Shown here: positions 63,727-64,000 of the stretch, piece by piece | How positions within the stretch are numbered: the first letter of the stretch is position 1 | Layout: the number at the start of each line of letters is the position of its first letter | Origin: Camelus dromedarius | Lineage: Eukaryota | Length of the DNA: 64,000 bases | Reading direction: 5' to 3' | Assembly (NCBI RefSeq): GCF_036321535.1 | Contig: NC_087437.1 | Coordinates: 6,820,001-6,884,000, forward strand | Notes under the pieces: generated by a model | What the model was told of the DNA's origin: nothing | Databases searched by the model: none | The model's input: only the letters and a program-made list of their open reading frames with translations | Program-made: the position numbers and the translations under genes

Positions 63727-64000
63727 TTGAGAAGTAAGGTATAGGAAAGAAAGTGTCCTGAACTCTTTTACTTACAAAGAGGTGGGGGAAAACTCAAAAT
63801 TTGTTGTTTCACTGAGGTTGTTGAAAATCAGAGAAATAGAAGTTAAAGATTTATTTTGAAACTGTTAAATATAGCCAATGATATAATTAAAATCAGAATC
63901 TATCTTTACACACCTGGGAGAGGATAAAATAGGAAAACATAATTTATATAGCAAAAGTAAGAAAAAGAGTGGAAAAACAAGAAAGCTAAAATAGATTGCA

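Larger units (their letters stand above)
61150..64000 (+). mobile_element. Very old L1 ORF1/HAL1-like fragments hosting later insertions
   Basis: aaagaaatgattgaaaacaacttt; ccttagacttctcttctacagcact...ttttatccagagccaaga...cccatatgtccttcttggaaaaa. Confidence 0.5.

Noticed and set aside
1..64000. The many 60-170 aa ORFs in the six-frame track as host genes
   Set aside because: They are short, often have non-ATG starts, show no recognisable domains and often overlap repeats. The only recognisable peptides are L1 ORF2 remnants.

Overview
Mammalian, not prokaryotic, DNA. It is very probably from a camelid (camel, alpaca or vicuna): it carries six copies of a tRNA-Ala(AGC)-headed SINE of the camelid vic-1 type and many cetartiodactyl-type L1 3' ends. 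The window looks intergenic or deep-intronic. Roughly half is interspersed repeat (L1, L2, MIR, MaLR/ERVL/ERV1 LTRs, hAT MITEs MER5/MER3/MER53/MER102). I found no credible host protein-coding gene, real tRNA gene or CRISPR array, and the only recognisable ORFs are decayed L1 ORF2 C-termini. I cannot claim a new multi-gene system. The most interesting signals are: (1) a ~130-bp non-repeat-looking element present twice 2.3 kb apart (37375-37500, 39685-39805), with a 29-bp identical core and a hairpin showing a compensatory G-C/C-G swap; (2) two TSD-bounded, 5'-inverted L1 insertions that each end in ~250 bp of non-L1 sequence with its own AATAAA and A-tail (3'-transduction-like chimeras); (3) an intact solo ERV1-type LTR inserted inside a camelid SINE; (4) several repeat-poor blocks with enhancer-like motif clusters, a fold-back element and strong orphan splice sites. 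Repeat subfamily names come from recalled consensus motifs. Their boundaries are approximate unless a TSD is quoted.
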